Part shown: positions 60,149 to 64,000 of the stretch, in pieces
Position numbering within the stretch: the first letter of the stretch is position 1
Layout: each line of letters opens with the position of its first letter
Assembly: GCA_020201335.1 (NCBI GenBank)
Contig: JAIVGZ010000005.1
Span: forward strand, 45,099-109,098
Source: Natronospirales bacterium
Lineage (GTDB): Bacteria > Pseudomonadota > Gammaproteobacteria > Natronospirales > JAIVGZ01
DNA length: 64,000 nt
Direction of reading: 5' to 3'
Notes under the pieces: model-generated
What the model saw: only the letters and a program-made list of their open reading frames with translations
Told to the model about the DNA's origin: nothing
Database searches by the model: none
Made by a program: the position numbers and the translations under genes

Positions 60149-60797
60149 CGCCGGACCGCTGCTGCAGCGCACGCAGCGGCTGATCGAGCGGCTGTACGGC
60201 ATCGAGGCGCCGCACGCGGCCGAGGCATTCCTGCTCGGAGACCCCGCGATTGCGCGCATCCTGCATGGCGATAACTGGCCCGGAACGGATGAGATGCTGC
60301 TGGTCAGCGAGGACCAGGATGGCCTCGAACTCTCGCTGTTCCTCGATGACGCGCTGCTCGCCCGGCTCCGAACGGCGTGCCCGCACCAAGCGCTCGGCAC
60401 CCACAACATCGCCGACTTCTGGGCGCTGGTCGAAGGCATCAGCCACTTCATCTACCTGACCTGGAACGCCGCGCGTGCCCACAGCGTCACGCCGCTCGAG
60501 ATGGAACTACAGGGGGAAGTCGACAAGTACGCTGTCACCGCATTGACGCTGCAACGGCAGCAGGGCGGGAGCCCACGCGGGCTGCACCACATGCTGTTCG
60601 AATGCGCGCAGGTTGACGAGAAGCTGGCCCCGGACCTGCAGCAGCGGTACCGCGACGCGAACCGTTACGCGGGGCGCTACTGTCTCGAGATAGAGCGGCG
60701 ATACCTGCGCCACCGCGAACGCGGGATGCTGTGCGAGCTCCGTTCGTTCTACCGCGAGGGCCGAGCCGGCAAGCTCGCGCGCATCGGCGCGCCCTAG
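60123..60797 (+). CDS. conserved hypothetical protein
   Basis: Overlaps upstream gene; EGISHF..LEMELQGEVDKY, RYRDAN. Confidence 0.7.
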   Translation: MQAAGPRTDAGPLLQRTQRLIERLYGIEAPHAAEAFLLGDPAIARILHGDNWPGTDEMLLVSEDQDGLELSLFLDDALLARLRTACPHQALGTHNIADFWALVEGISHFIYLTWNAARAHSVTPLEMELQGEVDKYAVTALTLQRQQGGSPRGLHHMLFECAQVDEKLAPDLQQRYRDANRYAGRYCLEIERRYLRHRERGMLCELRSFYREGRAGKLARIGAP

Positions 60798-61693
60798 TCG
60801 ACGACCGGCGTTCCCTCGGCCGCGGTCAGTTCCGCGAACAGCCCCGATATCCTCGAAGTGACCGGCCCCGCGCTTTTGCCGACGCGTCGGTCGTCTATCT
60901 CGGTGACCGCGACCAACTCCCCCATTGTGCCGGTGCAGAACACCTCGTCCGCGTCCTTGAATTCCTCGACGTGGATGTCGCGCACACGGCACGGGATACC
61001 GTGTCTTTCGCAGAGCTCGATCACGGTCGCGCGGGTGATGCCCTCGGGGCAAGCGATTGTATCGGGCGTGCCGACCTCGCCGTCGTTGACGAGGAAGAGG
61101 TGCGTCGCATTGGTCTCCGCGACGAAACCGCGCGTGTCGAGCATCAATGCGTCGTCCGCGCCTGCTCGCGTCGCCTCAAGTTTCGCGAGGATGGAGTTCA
61201 GCAGGTTATTCGAATGGATTTTTTGGTCGACGACCTCGGGCGGGGGTCTGCGCACAGACACCGTCGCCAGCTTCACGCCGGCCTTGTCGTAGACCGGCGG
61301 CTTGAACTCGGCAACGACGATCAGCGTCGGTCCGCCGGTGTTCAGGCGGGGGTCCATCCCGGAGGTGTACTTGACGCCGCGCGTCAGGGTTAGCCGTATG
61401 TGTACGCCGTCGCGCATGCCGTTCGCCGCAAGCGTCTTGCGGATGTCACCGATGATGCGTTTGCGGGATGGAATATCGTCGAACGCGATCGCCTTCGCCG
61501 AGCGCTCAAGCCGGTCGAGGTGCGCGTCGAGCCGGAAGATGCGCCCGTCGTACACCCGAAGGCCCTCCCAGACAGCGTCTCCACCCTGGACCACCGAGTC
61601 GAACACGCTGACCGCGGGTTCGTCCCTGTGGCGCAGCACACCGTTTACACAGACCTGAATGTCGCGGTTGCGCTCGTCGAACGCCTGCTTCAC
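60794..61693 (-). CDS. class IV PLP aminotransferase (BCAT/DAAT-like)
   Basis: SVFDS..GGDAVWEG, HLDRL, KIHSNNL, EGITR, GTMGE. Confidence 0.9.
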   Translation of the reverse strand: MKQAFDERNRDIQVCVNGVLRHRDEPAVSVFDSVVQGGDAVWEGLRVYDGRIFRLDAHLDRLERSAKAIAFDDIPSRKRIIGDIRKTLAANGMRDGVHIRLTLTRGVKYTSGMDPRLNTGGPTLIVVAEFKPPVYDKAGVKLATVSVRRPPPEVVDQKIHSNNLLNSILAKLEATRAGADDALMLDTRGFVAETNATHLFLVNDGEVGTPDTIACPEGITRATVIELCERHGIPCRVRDIHVEEFKDADEVFCTGTMGELVAVTEIDDRRVGKSAGPVTSRISGLFAELTAAEGTPVVD

Positions 61694-62424
61694 GCGTCGA
61701 CCCGAAGCCGGCTCGCGTGCAGGCGCCGGTAAATGTCGAGGCATTCGTCGTACAGGCCCTGCAGCGCGGTGGGCACGTCGACGACCTCGTCGCGCGGTGG
61801 TCCAAAGCCGGTGGTGTTCGCGACCTTCCCGTACCACTCTGGCGCCCACGCGCCGTCGGTGTCGCGCAGCCCTTGTTTCCACGCAAGCATCGCGGGCTCG
61901 AACGGCTGCCCGAGTGCCGCGCATAGCAAGGTAAGCGCGGCGCGCGGGTCGCGCAGGATGTCGTTGCCGTCGATGACCGGCGGGTCGATGCCGAGGTCGG
62001 CTCGCACGCGTTCGAACACCGCGAGTTGTTGCGGCAGGCCGGTGTCCTCGAGCGTCGGCTTCGGCAGAAACTCGGTCAGCGAAACGAGCATCGCCGATGG
62101 TTCTCGGATCAGGAATGCGTGCGTGACATCGTCGAGCCAATCGAGGCCGACGTCGTCTACCAAGTGGTGCGCCATGTGCTTCTGGTACCACACGGGTTTA
62201 TTGCCGGGGATGGGGCCTATCAACCACTCGGTGACCTTTTGCCAGTCAGTCTCGTGCACCGCCAGCGTTGCCTCACGGCCGGGATGCTGCAGCCCGGTGT
62301 ACTTGAGGTAATGGGCGTACAGCGGCTCATCGGTGACAAAAGTGTCGGAACGGCTGCCCCACGAGCGCATCAGCGCAGTGGAAATGTTCCGAGGCCCGGA
62401 CCACATTGCTATTCGAGTCGTCAT
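61690..62424 (-). CDS. sulfotransferase-like P-loop protein
   Basis: MWSGPRNISTALMRSW, DEPLYA, KHMAHH, FLIREP. Confidence 0.8.
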   Translation of the reverse strand: MTTRIAMWSGPRNISTALMRSWGSRSDTFVTDEPLYAHYLKYTGLQHPGREATLAVHETDWQKVTEWLIGPIPGNKPVWYQKHMAHHLVDDVGLDWLDDVTHAFLIREPSAMLVSLTEFLPKPTLEDTGLPQQLAVFERVRADLGIDPPVIDGNDILRDPRAALTLLCAALGQPFEPAMLAWKQGLRDTDGAWAPEWYGKVANTTGFGPPRDEVVDVPTALQGLYDECLDIYRRLHASRLRVDA

Positions 62425-62433
62425 AATCCACGG

Positions 62434-63582
62434 ATGTTAATACATATGGACATGGACGCGTTCTATGCGTCGGTGGAGGTACGCGAACGACCCGATCTCG
62501 CGGGCCTGCCGGTCGTCGTGGGAGGCACGCCGGGCCAACGGGGGGTCGTCGCCGCGGCGAGCTATGAAGCGCGCCGCCACGGCGTGCACTCGGCGATGCC
62601 GATGTCGACGGCATTGAAGCGCTGCCCCGACCTCGTGGTGCTACCTGTGCGGATGGGCCTGTACGCGGAGGAGTCCCAGCGCATCCACCGGATTATCGAG
62701 CGCTACACGCCTTTGATCGAGCCATTGTCGCTCGACGAAGCGTTCCTCGACGTGCGCGCGAGCGTGAAGTTGTTCGGGCCAGTGCCGGAGATCGCGCAGC
62801 GCATCAAGCGCGAGATACGCGCCGAGTTGGGGCTCACCGCGTCGATCGGCATTGCGCCGGTGAAGTTCGCCGCGAAAATTGCATCCGACCTCGGCAAGCC
62901 CGACGGCTTCCTCGTGGTCGAGCCGGATGGCTTACGCGCCTTCCTCGATCCGCTACCCGTTGCACGGCTGTGGGGCGTCGGCAGAGTCGGGGAGCAGACG
63001 ATGCATCGGCTCGGCCTGCGCACCATAGCCGACGTCGCTGCGCGCGATGCCGCATTCATGGAGCAGCACTTCGGCAAACACGGGCTGCACCTGTTGAACC
63101 TCGCGCTCGGTATCGACCCGCGCGGCGTCGTGCCGGAGCGTGAGGTCAAATCGGTGTCGAACGAGACGACCTTCGCCGCCGACATCGCCGACCGCGACAC
63201 GCTGCGCGGAATCCTGCTGCAGCTCACCGAGCAGGTGGCCTGGAGGCTCCGCAACCACGGGCTCGCCGGCAGGACCGTGCAGCTGAAGGCGCGCTACGCC
63301 GATTTCTCCACCTATACGCGCGCGCAAACGCTGGACGCGCCAACCGACTCGACCGATGTGTTGTGGCAGGCGGTCGCGCCGCTGCTCGACCGGCTACCAC
63401 GGCCCGGTGCTGCACTGCGGCTCATCGGCATGGGGGTCAGTGGCTTCGATGCGCAGGAGTCGGCACAACCGGACCTGTTCGCGGAACCACCTGCGCCGCG
63501 CAAGGTCGACGGCATCGCGGACGCAATCAAGGAAAAGTTCGGGAAGGGCGCGGTCCGTCGCGCCACGACGCTGAAGAAATAA
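62434..63582 (+). CDS. dinB: DNA polymerase IV
   Basis: HMDMDAFYASVE, AASYEAR, SLDEAFLD, KIASD..KPDG. Confidence 0.95.
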   Translation: MLIHMDMDAFYASVEVRERPDLAGLPVVVGGTPGQRGVVAAASYEARRHGVHSAMPMSTALKRCPDLVVLPVRMGLYAEESQRIHRIIERYTPLIEPLSLDEAFLDVRASVKLFGPVPEIAQRIKREIRAELGLTASIGIAPVKFAAKIASDLGKPDGFLVVEPDGLRAFLDPLPVARLWGVGRVGEQTMHRLGLRTIADVAARDAAFMEQHFGKHGLHLLNLALGIDPRGVVPEREVKSVSNETTFAADIADRDTLRGILLQLTEQVAWRLRNHGLAGRTVQLKARYADFSTYTRAQTLDAPTDSTDVLWQAVAPLLDRLPRPGAALRLIGMGVSGFDAQESAQPDLFAEPPAPRKVDGIADAIKEKFGKGAVRRATTLKK

Positions 63583-63583
63583 T

Positions 63584-63607
63584 GTAGGAGCGACCCTCTG
63601 GTCGCGA
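63584..63607 (+). repeat. GTAG-family REP-like element
   Basis: GTAGGA-GCGACC-CTCT-GGTCGC-GA between convergent genes. Confidence 0.7.
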
Positions 63608-63608
63608 T

Positions 63609-64000
63609 TTATCGAGTCAAGTGATCTGCCAGCACCTGCGCGACGCAGCAGGTGAGCTTCTTCCCCGTCGGGATGTGCAGGAACTCGTTCGGACCATGCG
63701 CGTTCGAGTGCGGGCCGAGCACACCGGTGATCAAGAACTGCGCGGCAGGGAACTTCTCGCCGAGCATGCCCATGAACGGGATGCTGCCACCTTCACCCAT
63801 GTACATCGCGGATTCGCCGAAGTACGCCTGTGAGGCGGCGTCCATCGACTTTCCAAGCCAGGGTGCGAGCGCTGGCGCGTTCCAGCCACTGCCGGCCTGC
63901 TCGGGCTCGAACGACACGCGCGCGTTATACGGCGGGCTGCTCTCGAACAGTTCTTTCAGCGCCGCGTTCGCGCGCTCAGCGTTCACGGTCGGCGGCAGCC
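63609..64000 (-). CDS. M20 family metallopeptidase (C-terminal part)
   Basis: GEGGSIPF, GVLGPHSNAHGPNE. Confidence 0.88.
   Translation of the reverse strand, partial: LPPTVNAERANAALKELFESSPPYNARVSFEPEQAGSGWNAPALAPWLGKSMDAASQAYFGESAMYMGEGGSIPFMGMLGEKFPAAQFLITGVLGPHSNAHGPNEFLHIPTGKKLTCCVAQVLADHLTR

Noticed and set aside
62400-62440. LexA box before dinB
   Set aside because: No CTGT-N8-ACAG found near the start

Overview
High-GC chromosomal window, most likely from a gammaproteobacterium (asmA-mutY-yggX-tRNA-Phe order, enteric-style trpE-G-D-CF-B-A). No CRISPR array, integrase or transposase was seen. Main contents: (1) an ArsM/TIGR04282-04283-type cluster divergent from trx-ccdA-ECF sigma-ZAS anti-sigma, with three copies of one promoter-like motif, TGAAAT-N16-CGGTC, tying all three units together (strongest candidate for an undescribed system); (2) a trp operon headed by a DAHP synthase behind a WWWW leader-peptide attenuator; (3) tRNA-Gly, asmA, mutY, yggX, egtBD, tRNA-Phe; (4) a three-domain Thermus-type NirK locus with two NnrR-type boxes, a broken Crp/Fnr gene, nnrS and a cytochrome c; (5) fructose-bisphosphate aldolase and cusCBA; (6) a GGCT/amidoligase/C26 triad; (7) a beta-PGM-GH65 fusion with glucokinase; (8) a TonB receptor with three 2OG-Fe(II) oxygenases; (9) a complete double-glycine bacteriocin/microcin cassette; (10) an uncharacterised gene pair, a sulfotransferase-like/aminotransferase IV pair, dinB and an M20 peptidase. 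Several genes carry clean internal deletions (real decay or assembly error), many genes look leaderless, and three GTRG-type REP elements are present. All family calls come from recalled motifs, not from database searches.
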